The position numbers were made by a program, and so were the translations under genes. Shown one piece after another: positions 21,001 through 29,416 of a DNA stretch of 56,621 nucleotides; the first letter of the stretch is position 1, and each line of letters begins with the position of its first letter. The notes beneath the pieces were generated by a model. The model saw nothing but the letters and a program-made list of their open reading frames with translations. It was not told where the DNA came from and did not search any database. Source of the stretch: Candidatus Saccharimonadales bacterium (GTDB taxonomy: Bacteria; Patescibacteriota; Saccharimonadia; Saccharimonadales; JACDFO01); the NCBI GenBank assembly GCA_038255465.1, contig JBBSLJ010000005.1, forward strand, positions 1 to 56,621, written 5' to 3'.

Positions 21001-21846
21001 ACTTTCGAGCAAACGAAGACGCTTTAGCAGCTTCTTTTTTCGTTGGCCCTTGGCATCTTCAGCCTCAGCAGTTAATTCTGCGAGGAGATCTTTAAGCTTA
21101 ATTTCGTCAAGGAGTTCTTTGATGGCTGCGCCACCCATGCCGACTTCAACTAAATCAGCTAATTCATCAGGTAATGCCCGGTAGTCGGTTTCTGAAATAA
21201 GTGCAAGCTTCTGCAAGCTTATTAACTGAGCCTTAAGGGTTTCATATTCTTCAGTTACTTCGTCAAGTTCCTTAGTTTGCATTTCTGCTAAGGCTTTAAC
21301 GTTTGCTTCCGGAGCTTCAGCCTCTTTTTCGAAGCGCATTTTGATAGCTTCCTTAGCGGCCGCAAACTCAGCCTCTTTGTCGGCGAGATATTGATCACGC
21401 TTTTCGATGTCAACTTTCTTAATGACATATGAAGCAAAGTAGGCAATACGCTCTAAGCTCTTTACAGTCATACCGAGCAAAAGGCCTATAGCACTTGGCG
21501 TACCGCGGAGGAACCAAATATGTGCAACAGGGCTGGCCAAACTAATGTGGCCCATACGCTCACGTCGGACAATCGATTTGGTGACAATTTCGCCATTCTT
21601 ATCAACTGCAGCTTCGCGTGACCTAACACCTTTGTATTTTGCATCATGCGGATTTATGTCTTTGACAGGGCCAAAGATTCGCTCGCAGAATAAACCGTCT
21701 CGTTCAGGTTTTTGGGTTCGATAGTTAATGGTCTCTGGTTTTGTTATTTCGCCGTGGCTCCAGTCCAAAATATCATTTGGACTTGCCACGCTTAAACGGA
21801 CTGAATCGAAATCGGCGATGTTTGTACTTTGTGAATAGCGTCTCAT
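18007..21846 (-). CDS. rpoC: RNA polymerase beta' subunit
   Basis: NADFDGD active-site motif, LGKRVDYSGRS, DSGYLTRRLVDV, SIGEPGTQLT. Start set at ATG 21846, just after the rpoB stop. Confidence 0.99.
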   Translation of the reverse strand: MRRYSQSTNIADFDSVRLSVASPNDILDWSHGEITKPETINYRTQKPERDGLFCERIFGPVKDINPHDAKYKGVRSREAAVDKNGEIVTKSIVRRERMGHISLASPVAHIWFLRGTPSAIGLLLGMTVKSLERIAYFASYVIKKVDIEKRDQYLADKEAEFAAAKEAIKMRFEKEAEAPEANVKALAEMQTKELDEVTEEYETLKAQLISLQKLALISETDYRALPDELADLVEVGMGGAAIKELLDEIKLKDLLAELTAEAEDAKGQRKKKLLKRLRLLESMDRAGILPNSMCVSVLPVIPPDLRPMVQLTGGRFATSDLNDLYRRVINRNNRLKKLIELNAPEVIRRNEQRMLQEAVDALIDNNNARSGRAVAATGQRRRLKSLSDMLKGKQGRFRQNLLGKRVDYSGRSVIVAGPELNITECGLPKMMALELFKPFVIGHLIANEHAHNIRSATRMIETGETAVWDALDEVIKGKYVLLNRAPSLHRLSIQAFMPRLIEGKAIQLHPLVCKGFNADFDGDQMAVHLPLSDEAQTEAREIMAANKNLLKPADGSPILHIEQDIVLGCYYLTYQRPGAGVKRHAYASLAEAIMALDAGKIRLQSLVRLPFRDHIHETTLGRILFNEIFPDDFPFQDEPMTKKRLNGVMALAYQMYGQDKTAEIADDLKDIGFQYATKSGLSMGMSDFHDIEGLDGIIQKGENKAAEISEQFEQGFITDDERYRLIVDNWLQIDAEVQSVLTEQFANEDSSMSIAVVSGARGNIGQVKTAVGILGVTMDTTGKAIELPIKSGYKVGLTPLEYFTSTRGTRKTMIDTALKTADSGYLTRRLVDVSQDVFTIDDEEGDLGFAQYRADAAEIGVAFAARLEGRFAADTLKGHLKRGDLITKKTAEAIEADESIDGVKIMSVLSATSVRGVPMKSYGVDPATGLVVANHHPVGVIAAQSIGEPGTQLTLRSYHGGGSAAAEDITQGLPRVEELFEVRTPKGQAFVSDISGTVQAFEEGDHYVVQVAADEKEKIEFDLGIRVAQVATGTDIAIGDVLAADEDGNDPIIARVAGKAEVTKKKVMIVPSSDSAVRYEIPGFKQLVVKDGDKVVAGQRLTNGSINLHELMRLQGVEATQRYIMNEILRIFASQGQNIADKHLEIIVRQMFSRVQIDEAGDTEFVTGDIVSKLAVVEANEQLAKNGKNLAVYTQLLLGITKASLSTDSFLSAASFQDTTRVLIAAATSGKVDKLFGLKENVILGRRIPVGTGWLPDTDNDGFSDVETVLAPAPVAEEV

Positions 21847-21847
21847 A

Positions 21848-24800
21848 TTACGCCTCCTCCTCTTCATCAACATTTGCTATAGCAACGTCCTCATCATCTG
21901 TAGCAATGACCGTTGTTCCTGTAATATCATCGTCAACATCCATAACTACGAAGTCATTTTCTGTAACTTCAGCAGTTACATCAATATCTGATATGGATGG
22001 TTCAGGCACTAAAACTTCTGGCAGGTGTGCGGCTTCATCTTTGATGTTTTCTGCCAAAACTGCTTCTGCATCAATAACTGCATCAGATACAACTAGGTCA
22101 ACCTTAAGACATAGGCCCTGAAGCTCTTTAACAAGCACGTTGAAAGATTCTGGAATCTTTGGTCCAACAATCTCGGTGCCCTTAATGATGGCTTCGTAGG
22201 CCTTTGAGCGGCCGTAGACGTCATCTGATTTAATCGTCAACATTTCCTGCAAAGTATTCGATGCGCCATATGCTTCGAGCGCCCACACTTCCATTTCTCC
22301 AAATCGCTGACCACCGTTTTGCGCTTTACCGCCCAATGGCTGTTGCGTGACCATAGTATATGGACCGGTTGATCGAGCGTGGATTTTATCTGCAATCATG
22401 TGGTTTAGCTTGATCATGTACATAGAACCAACTGTTGTCAGCTCCGTAAATGCCTCACCCGTGCGACCGTCGTAAAGCTGTTGCTTGCCGCTTTCCGGCA
22501 ATCCAGCTTCTTTCAATAGTTCTTCAATCTTTTGTGACGAAACGCCGTCAAATGACGGACTGGCAACTTTCATGCCAAGCGCACGCGCAGCCATACCAAG
22601 GTGCGTTTCAAACAACTGACCAATGTTCATACGTGAAGGCACGCCAAGTGGGTTCAGCAATACGTCAACCGGTGTTCCATCTGCCATAAACGGCATGTCT
22701 TCGATTGGCAGAATACGGGCAATTACACCCTTGTTGCCGTGACGTCCACCAAGCTTGTCACCAACGCTAATCTTACGCATTTGTGCCACAAAGACCTGAA
22801 TTTGCATGAGTACGCCAGCTTTAAGTTCGTGGCCGTTTGCCCGGCTAAAGACTTTAACACCAACAACTTTACCGTGCTTACCGTTTGGCATTCGCTGCGA
22901 AGTATCACGGACTTCTTTTGCCTTTTCACCAAAGATAGCGCGCAAAAGCCTTTCTTCGGAACTAAGTTCTTGTTCACCCTTTGGAGTAATCTTACCGACC
23001 AAAATATCGCCGGGGTGTACCTCGGCGCCAATACGGACGATGCCCTCTTCGTCAAGATGACGGAGAGCGTCTTCGGACACGTTAGGGATATCCCTGGTTA
23101 CAATTTCTGGACCAAGCTTGGTTTCACGAACTTCTACCATAAAGTCGACAATATGAACGGACGTGAGTGTGTCGTCTTCGACTAATTTACGCGAAATAAT
23201 AATCGCATCTTCAAAGTTATAGCCATTCCATGGCATAAATGACACGATTAGATCTTTACCAAGTGCCAGTTCGCCGTCTGCAACAGACATTCCCTCGATG
23301 ATTGGATCACCCTTTTCAAGTTTGTCGCCGGTGTTAACAACCACTTTCTGATTGATCGAACTGCCTTCGTTGGACCTGATGAAGTGTTGCGGGCGGTAAG
23401 AAACCGTGCCGTCCTTATATTTTACGAGCACTTCATCGCCAGCGGCTTTTACTACCTCTCCGTCTTCATGAGCAAGAATTAGCTGTCCACTGTTGCTAGC
23501 TGCAACCGTCTCCATGCCTGTACCTACAATTGGGCTTGCTGGTGAGACCAGTGGCACCGCTTGTCGTTGCTGGTTAGAACCCATCAAACTTCGGTAGACG
23601 TAGTTTTTCTCTACAAAAGGAATCAAACCGGCAGAAGAACCAATAATCTGGCGACGGCTGGCGTCCATATGTGTAACATCATCGGCATCAACTTCTCCGG
23701 ATTTTAAGTATGAACGAGCCGAAACGCGTTCGTTTACAAAGAATCCATTGTCGTCAACTTCTTCACCTGCGCTGGCAATAACCGCATGCTCTTCATCAGA
23801 GGCATTTAGATACACTACATCACTCGTCACTACGGCCTTAACCGGCCAGGTGATTTGATCTTTACGAGCAGCTAACTGCTTGGCTTGATCGGCAGTGATT
23901 TTTGAACCGGCTTTGACAATTACTTTGCCATTTTCATTTTCAAGATCAACTGCTGCAGTAAATCCGGCAGCGTCTTTTGCTGTCACGGCATTCTTGACTT
24001 TGCGATAAGGCGTCTCAATGAAACCATAGTCGTTTATACGAGCGTAGCTTGCCAGATTAAGCACCAAGCCAATGTTTGCGCCTTCTGGAGTTTCTACGGC
24101 ACATATGCGACCGTAGTGCGTTGCATGTGCGTCACGGACTTCAAAACCGGCACGTTCGCGGCTTAAGCCACCAGGGCCCATTGAACTAAGACGACGTTTG
24201 TGTGCCAGCTCAGATAGCGGGTTAATCTGATCCATAAACTGTGAAAGCTGACTGCTTGCAAAAAATTCACGTACGGCAGCAACCACAGGACGGGCGTTAA
24301 TCAGCTGGTTTGGAGTAACCGTTTCGATTTCACTCATAGACATTCGGTCTTTGGTGTTACGCTCCATGCGCAACAAGCCGATGCGGAACTGACGCTGTAC
24401 GAGCTCACCAACCAACTTTACGCGGCGGTTAGCCAGGCTGTCGATATCATCAGCAGGCTCCTGTGTATTATTGAGTCGAATGATTTCGGCAATAATCGCA
24501 GTTAAGTCTTCTAGACGCATAACCCGGTTTTCTGCCGTATTTGGTATATCAATATTTAGACGTTTGTTGATTTTATAACGTCCAACCCGGCTGAAATCGA
24601 AGCGCTTGAAGTTATAGAACATGTTTTCAAGCAGGCTTCGAGCGTTGTCCACGGTTGCAAGATCACCTGGACGTAAACGACGGTACACTTCAATCAACGC
24701 ATCATTAGCGCCTTTAGCTGGGTCCTTATCAAGTGTTGCTTCGAGGTAGCTTAGCTTGCCTTGGTCAACATGCTTAAAGGTGTCTTTCATTTGATTTTCA

Positions 24801-25405
24801 GTCATACCAAGTGCGCGCAGCAAAGTAGTAACTGCAATTTTGCGTTTTCGGTCGATTTTGACATATAGAGCACCGGACGCGGCGGTTTCGAACTCAAGCC
24901 ATGCACCACGGCCTGGAATAACTTTGGCGCCATACTGATTGTGTGTGCCGTGTGAATCAGCAGTAAAGAATACACCAGCCGAACGGATTAACTGTGACAC
25001 CACGACACGCTCAGCACCGTTTATAACAAATGTACCGCGTTCGGTCATCCACGGATAGTCACCAAGGTAAATCTCTTGTTCTTTAATTTCACCGGTAATT
25101 TTATTAGTAAGCTCAACGGTAGCCTTGAGCGGAGCATCATAAGAAACGTTATTCTCACGTGCCTCAGGTTCGGTGACCTTTGGTGCTTCAAAGCGGTAGC
25201 CTTTGAAACGAAGTGATAACTTTGTACCTGTGTAATCATCAATCGGGCTGATTTCGGCTAATAGTTCGCCAAGCCCTTCCTCTACAAACCACTGGAATGA
25301 GCGGTTTTGGTGGTCGACCAAATTTGGTAGTTCTAGTACGTCATCTGTCTTAGTAAAGTACTTGCGCATTTTCTGCGCATTCTTAGTGCTGGTGCTCTTA
25401 GCCAT
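21848..25405 (-). CDS. rpoB: RNA polymerase beta subunit
   Basis: SQLSQFMDQINPLSEL, ETPEGANIGL, GDKLGGRHGNKG, GGQRFGEMEVWAL. Confidence 0.99.
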   Translation of the reverse strand: MAKSTSTKNAQKMRKYFTKTDDVLELPNLVDHQNRSFQWFVEEGLGELLAEISPIDDYTGTKLSLRFKGYRFEAPKVTEPEARENNVSYDAPLKATVELTNKITGEIKEQEIYLGDYPWMTERGTFVINGAERVVVSQLIRSAGVFFTADSHGTHNQYGAKVIPGRGAWLEFETAASGALYVKIDRKRKIAVTTLLRALGMTENQMKDTFKHVDQGKLSYLEATLDKDPAKGANDALIEVYRRLRPGDLATVDNARSLLENMFYNFKRFDFSRVGRYKINKRLNIDIPNTAENRVMRLEDLTAIIAEIIRLNNTQEPADDIDSLANRRVKLVGELVQRQFRIGLLRMERNTKDRMSMSEIETVTPNQLINARPVVAAVREFFASSQLSQFMDQINPLSELAHKRRLSSMGPGGLSRERAGFEVRDAHATHYGRICAVETPEGANIGLVLNLASYARINDYGFIETPYRKVKNAVTAKDAAGFTAAVDLENENGKVIVKAGSKITADQAKQLAARKDQITWPVKAVVTSDVVYLNASDEEHAVIASAGEEVDDNGFFVNERVSARSYLKSGEVDADDVTHMDASRRQIIGSSAGLIPFVEKNYVYRSLMGSNQQRQAVPLVSPASPIVGTGMETVAASNSGQLILAHEDGEVVKAAGDEVLVKYKDGTVSYRPQHFIRSNEGSSINQKVVVNTGDKLEKGDPIIEGMSVADGELALGKDLIVSFMPWNGYNFEDAIIISRKLVEDDTLTSVHIVDFMVEVRETKLGPEIVTRDIPNVSEDALRHLDEEGIVRIGAEVHPGDILVGKITPKGEQELSSEERLLRAIFGEKAKEVRDTSQRMPNGKHGKVVGVKVFSRANGHELKAGVLMQIQVFVAQMRKISVGDKLGGRHGNKGVIARILPIEDMPFMADGTPVDVLLNPLGVPSRMNIGQLFETHLGMAARALGMKVASPSFDGVSSQKIEELLKEAGLPESGKQQLYDGRTGEAFTELTTVGSMYMIKLNHMIADKIHARSTGPYTMVTQQPLGGKAQNGGQRFGEMEVWALEAYGASNTLQEMLTIKSDDVYGRSKAYEAIIKGTEIVGPKIPESFNVLVKELQGLCLKVDLVVSDAVIDAEAVLAENIKDEAAHLPEVLVPEPSISDIDVTAEVTENDFVVMDVDDDITGTTVIATDDEDVAIANVDEEEEA

Positions 25406-25615
25406 GCATTGCTCCCGCTTACGTTATTGTGAGGTCTACCTGCAAAAAACAGGTTAAACATAAAAAACAACCACGAACATATTTAATGGGTGTTTTTTGG
25501 TTTATAAATTTAGTTGTTGCGCGCGAAGATTTCTTACCCAAGTGTTTTTAGTGAGGACTCCCACCTTAGGTACACAACTTCTTAATATAAAGTCTCTCTT
25601 AAGCCGTCCGGAATG

Positions 25616-26275
25616 TCAACCCTGAAATGTAATTTCTAGTTGGTCGCCAGCTGCTTTTGAAACAAGAAAGTTAGCGGCATAAAGCTGCAGGACAGATTGG
25701 TCTTTAGTTATTCCGTACGGATCACCTTCTGTGCCGGACGAAAGAACCGACGGTTCGCCAGCTTGGGCAAGGAAATTATGCAGGCCTCGGTTGTAGTCAG
25801 TATTGGTAGGAGTGGTGGCAAAGACATAATTCAGCAAAGCATCATCGCTTACACCATAAATCCCGGGATGTGATGCATCAGGGTTTACATGTTGTTTAAA
25901 ACTTTCTCGTGAACTTGCCTCTATCAATGCGCGTCCGGTCTGCTCGTGCGTCTCATCATTTGCATCCCGCACTAACCAGTAATCAAGGTCTGTGCCAAAA
26001 AATGCTCCATTTGACGGGTGGAGTAACGTTTGACCAAGTATAAGCGTAGCGACGCCAACCGCGACTTTGCCATCCCGGACAACAAAGGCCTTTACAGCTT
26101 CAGAACTTGCCACCCTGGCAACGGACTTTATACTTCTTGGCAAATCTCGATATCGCGTAACTGTACCGGCGAAAAACTCTCCTAGCCAATCTTTTTCTGC
26201 CGAAATTAGTTCATGCAAATCATAGCCCTGTTTTGCGGATCGCACTTTTGAATAGTGATCTAGTTTTATGCTCAT
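25616..26275 (-). CDS. hypothetical protein, possibly GNAT-like fold
   Basis: 219 aa; AFVVRDGKVAVGVATL...LDYWL...TGRALIEA loosely resembles acetyltransferase strand/helix patterns. Confidence 0.55.
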   Translation of the reverse strand: MSIKLDHYSKVRSAKQGYDLHELISAEKDWLGEFFAGTVTRYRDLPRSIKSVARVASSEAVKAFVVRDGKVAVGVATLILGQTLLHPSNGAFFGTDLDYWLVRDANDETHEQTGRALIEASSRESFKQHVNPDASHPGIYGVSDDALLNYVFATTPTNTDYNRGLHNFLAQAGEPSVLSSGTEGDPYGITKDQSVLQLYAANFLVSKAAGDQLEITFQG

Positions 26276-26314
26276 GTTACAAATATATGTTCTAACCTAT
26301 AAATATGCAAGCAA

Positions 26315-26905
26315 CTAAGCCTTCGGTGGTGTCGTTATAACCGCATCAACTATGCCGTACTCTTTGGCTTCGCTGGCGGTTAACCACTTGTCGCGCTCCA
26401 TATCTTCGTGAATTCTGGCGGGCTTTTGTCCGGTGTTTTTAGCCATAATTTCTTCAAGCAGTTTCTTGACGCGCAAAGATTCGCGCAAGTCAATTTCCTG
26501 GTCAGTCACCTTGCCGCGCGTTCCGCTTGAAGGCTGGTGAATCATCACCGTTGAATTAGGTAGCAGAAACCGTTTGCCTTTTGCGCCTGAGCTCAATATG
26601 AAAGCTGCGGCTGAGGCCTGAACACCAATACCGACAGTCTGAACATCAGATTTTACGTATTGCATAGTGTCATAAATGGCTAGGGCATCATATACGCTGC
26701 CGCCCGGACTGTTTATATAGAGAAAAATATCCTTTTTGGGATCTTCATTGTCAAGAAACAACAACTGGGCTGTTATAAGATTGGCGGTGTGCGGATTGAC
26801 ATCTTCGCCCATAAAAATAATACGATCTTTTAATAGCCGTGAATAAATGTCATAAGCTCGTTCGAGCCTTCCTTCTTGTTCTATGACTGTTGGAATAAGT
26901 GGCAT
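26315..26905 (-). CDS. clpP: ATP-dependent Clp protease proteolytic subunit
   Basis: [22 protein letters not shown], catalytic Ser (ASAAA), His (MIHQP) and Asp (ERD). Confidence 0.98.
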   Translation of the reverse strand: MPLIPTVIEQEGRLERAYDIYSRLLKDRIIFMGEDVNPHTANLITAQLLFLDNEDPKKDIFLYINSPGGSVYDALAIYDTMQYVKSDVQTVGIGVQASAAAFILSSGAKGKRFLLPNSTVMIHQPSSGTRGKVTDQEIDLRESLRVKKLLEEIMAKNTGQKPARIHEDMERDKWLTASEAKEYGIVDAVITTPPKA

Positions 26906-26971
26906 GTTCTTTACCTCCGCTTTTTACATATCACCCCGTCTAGGGATTGGACACAGTGACTTAACAAAGCT

Positions 26972-27000
26972 ATTGTAAATACAAAATTGGCACTCGTCAA
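26972..27000 (-). promoter_or_regulatory. sigma70-type promoter for clpP
   Basis: TTGACG-N17-TACAAT; overlapped by the CIRCE element. Confidence 0.7.
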
Positions 27001-27013
27001 TATAGAGTGCTGA
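26987..27013 (-). promoter_or_regulatory. CIRCE operator (HrcA site) upstream of clpP
   Basis: TCAGCACTC-N9-GAGTGCCAA against consensus TTAGCACTC-N9-GAGTGCTAA. Confidence 0.85.
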
Positions 27014-27024
27014 TTTCAAATACC

Positions 27025-27330
27025 CTATCTTCGTCCGACACCATAAATAATGGCGCCCACCACCGCTGCGCCAAGACCGCCTCCTGCGCCTAAAGCCACA
27101 ATGTCGTCAGGAGCAGAATCAATTATCTCCCCGACAACCAAGCTACCACTTGTGATTATTCCACCAGCTGCAACCATAAGACCACCGAGTGTCTGAATGT
27201 CTCTGTCGCCACGAGGGCCAGTATCACGACGTACTTCCAACTGCTCGTTTTCAGCCCTAACCTTAACCTCGGCTATTGGCCCAAATACATCATCTATTAC
27301 ATCCGTTACTGCTTGCTCTAATCTATTCAT
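27025..27330 (-). CDS. small Gly-rich membrane protein
   Basis: 101 aa from ATG 27330; two hydrophobic segments with GxxxG patterns; extended -10 TGATATAAT 10 nt upstream. Confidence 0.6.
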   Translation of the reverse strand: MNRLEQAVTDVIDDVFGPIAEVKVRAENEQLEVRRDTGPRGDRDIQTLGGLMVAAGGIITSGSLVVGEIIDSAPDDIVALGAGGGLGAAVVGAIIYGVGRR

Positions 27331-27346
27331 ATAAGAATATATTATA

Positions 27347-27664
27347 TCACATGTGATAGCCGGTAGCAAGGATCTCTTTTTTGGTTTTGCGTGCTAATCG
27401 GACTGACTGCAGCGCAACAACTACACCGGAAACCCCGATTATCCCAAGCATTACGCGTGCTCCCGTATTAGCAACTTCAGCTATTCCTTCTGTTTCATAT
27501 AACCCCATTACGGCGCTTGACGTTAATACGCTCGCAGCAAGACCGGACAAGAATTTAGAGTCATACGTATAATCATCATACAAATTATTTTGTGTTTCAC
27601 GCAACGCGGCACTGTCTACAATTTCAGCTGCTCTGTCAAGAACGTCTTTTTCATACGATTCCAT
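27347..27664 (-). CDS. small two-TM membrane protein
   Basis: 105 aa, starts 10 nt after the tig stop; acidic N-terminus plus a hydrophobic hairpin. Confidence 0.6.
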   Translation of the reverse strand: MESYEKDVLDRAAEIVDSAALRETQNNLYDDYTYDSKFLSGLAASVLTSSAVMGLYETEGIAEVANTGARVMLGIIGVSGVVVALQSVRLARKTKKEILATGYHM

Positions 27665-27674
27665 ACTAGTTACC

Positions 27675-28949
27675 TTATGATGAGAAGGACCTAAGCCGCA
27701 GCAACGTCTTTTCAGTTAAAATGCGGGAAACGACATCCTGTCGATTTTCAGGCTTATCCAACTCTGCTTGCATCGTGGCGTCCTGGTACTGGCCTTTTAG
27801 AATCTGGATTCGTATTTCTAGTTCTTCAGGAGTTACAGACAAATTCTCGGCTTCGGCTACGACGCTTAAGACCAATCCCATTTTTACACGTTGTTCAGCA
27901 GCCTCGCGCTTTTGTTCACGATGCTGGTCTGGTGTAACACCCTCTTCTTTAAGGTGCTCCTCCCAGGTTTGGTTTCGATAAACTAAGTTCTGGCGCTCTT
28001 CGTTCTCAATGCGGTCTATTTGCTCCTGTATCAAGACTTCAGGTATTGCAACTGTACTAACGGCAGCAAGCTCTTTAACCAATTCCGTCTCGTAATCACG
28101 GCCGGCTTGGTTTTCTCGCTCTAGTTTTAGCTGCTTTTTAATATCTGCCTTGAGTTCACCTACGGTTTTAAATGGTCCGACTTTAACCGCAAATTCATCA
28201 TCTACTTTAGGCTCAACAATTTCCTGAACCTTAGTCACGTTAACGGTGAATGTCACCTTTTTACTGGCGAGTGCTTTCACCTGGTAGTCTTTGGGAAACG
28301 TTACATCAAAAGTTTTTTCATCACCTGCAGCAAGACCAATTAAGGCTGGTTCAAAGCCAGGAATAAACGTATTGCTGCCCAATACTAATGGGTAGTCTTT
28401 GCCGTCAGCACCTTTAACCGGCTGGCTCTTAGCGTCGACACCCGTAAAATCTATCCAGATCTGGTCACCGTCTTTGGCCGCCCGATCAACATCCTTTTTT
28501 TCAGCCATACGGGTTTGCAGTGATTTTATAACGCCCTTGACGTCGTCAGCGGTTATTTCTATTTTTTGCTGAACAGCTTTAAGTTTTTTGTAATCACCGA
28601 GTTTGATTTCGCCGACTACTTCAACTTTGACAGTAAATTCTAATGTAGTGAATGGAACAAACTTTTTGATTTCTACCTCTGGGCGTCCGACAGGTCGTAA
28701 ATTATTTTCCTGTACTGCCTGAGCATACATCTGTGATAATGCTTCATCTAAAAATTCAGACTGTAGTGCCGATTGGTCGACGTTTTTTTCTACCATCGCT
28801 AGTGGAACTTTGCCCGCTCGAAAGCCAGCAACTTTTACTTTATTCTGAAAATGCCGTAAGACATGTTGCTTTAGCGGACCTAGATCTGCCTCCTGCGCAA
28901 CGATTGTTATTGTCGCGTTGGTGTTTTCGAGTATCTTTTTAACTTGCAT
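27675..28949 (-). CDS. tig: trigger factor
   Basis: VKVAGFRAGKVP; FKBP domain IDFTG...LGSNTFIPGFE...FPKDY. Confidence 0.97.
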   Translation of the reverse strand: MQVKKILENTNATITIVAQEADLGPLKQHVLRHFQNKVKVAGFRAGKVPLAMVEKNVDQSALQSEFLDEALSQMYAQAVQENNLRPVGRPEVEIKKFVPFTTLEFTVKVEVVGEIKLGDYKKLKAVQQKIEITADDVKGVIKSLQTRMAEKKDVDRAAKDGDQIWIDFTGVDAKSQPVKGADGKDYPLVLGSNTFIPGFEPALIGLAAGDEKTFDVTFPKDYQVKALASKKVTFTVNVTKVQEIVEPKVDDEFAVKVGPFKTVGELKADIKKQLKLERENQAGRDYETELVKELAAVSTVAIPEVLIQEQIDRIENEERQNLVYRNQTWEEHLKEEGVTPDQHREQKREAAEQRVKMGLVLSVVAEAENLSVTPEELEIRIQILKGQYQDATMQAELDKPENRQDVVSRILTEKTLLRLRSFSS

Positions 28950-28963
28950 AAGGCGTTATTCTA

Positions 28964-29416
28964 TCAGATTTTCAACAATATTACCAATACCAAACAAGCG
29001 CTTGCAAACCACGCCACTTCGACAACACCGCCGATTGGCCTTTGAAACCACTGTATCCACGTATGGAACTTTACTAAAAAGTTTGATGGCAGTATATCTT
29101 CTTCGGCACGACGCGCGCGTAAAAACTTTGGAATCCACATAAAGTCCGGGCTAGTTGCTATAAATGCACACGCAATCGCTATCCACGCCCCATTTCCGTT
29201 TGCGCGATATAGCACCACTACAAGCAAAAAGCAAAGCAGGGCATCGGCTCCTAATCCAAGCATATATCGTGTTGACCCAAGGTTTTCTTTTCTACTGCCA
29301 TAATGTGGCAGTGCGTCTAAAACAAAATGGGAAGCAAACGCCAAAGGTATGGCCGAAGGGTGCTGCACGACACTTCCTAGTATCGCTCCAGTGAGCGCAT
29401 GATTTATTGCACGCAC
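28964..29416 (-). CDS. putative membrane-bound metal-dependent hydrolase
   Basis: NHALTG...SHFVLDALPH...PD...H pattern with TM helices; GTG start overlaps the hisS stop. Confidence 0.65.
   Translation of the reverse strand: MRAINHALTGAILGSVVQHPSAIPLAFASHFVLDALPHYGSRKENLGSTRYMLGLGADALLCFLLVVVLYRANGNGAWIAIACAFIATSPDFMWIPKFLRARRAEEDILPSNFLVKFHTWIQWFQRPIGGVVEVAWFASACLVLVILLKI

Noticed and set aside
24170-24250. RpoB rifampicin-pocket variants (HKRRLSSM; Met at E. coli L533)
   Set aside because: D516, H526 and S531 equivalents are intact, so resistance cannot be inferred.
25460-25500. Terminator-like hairpin in the rpoB leader
   Set aside because: The stem is mostly A-T with a mismatch and a 13-nt loop, and I could not place a convincing promoter upstream.
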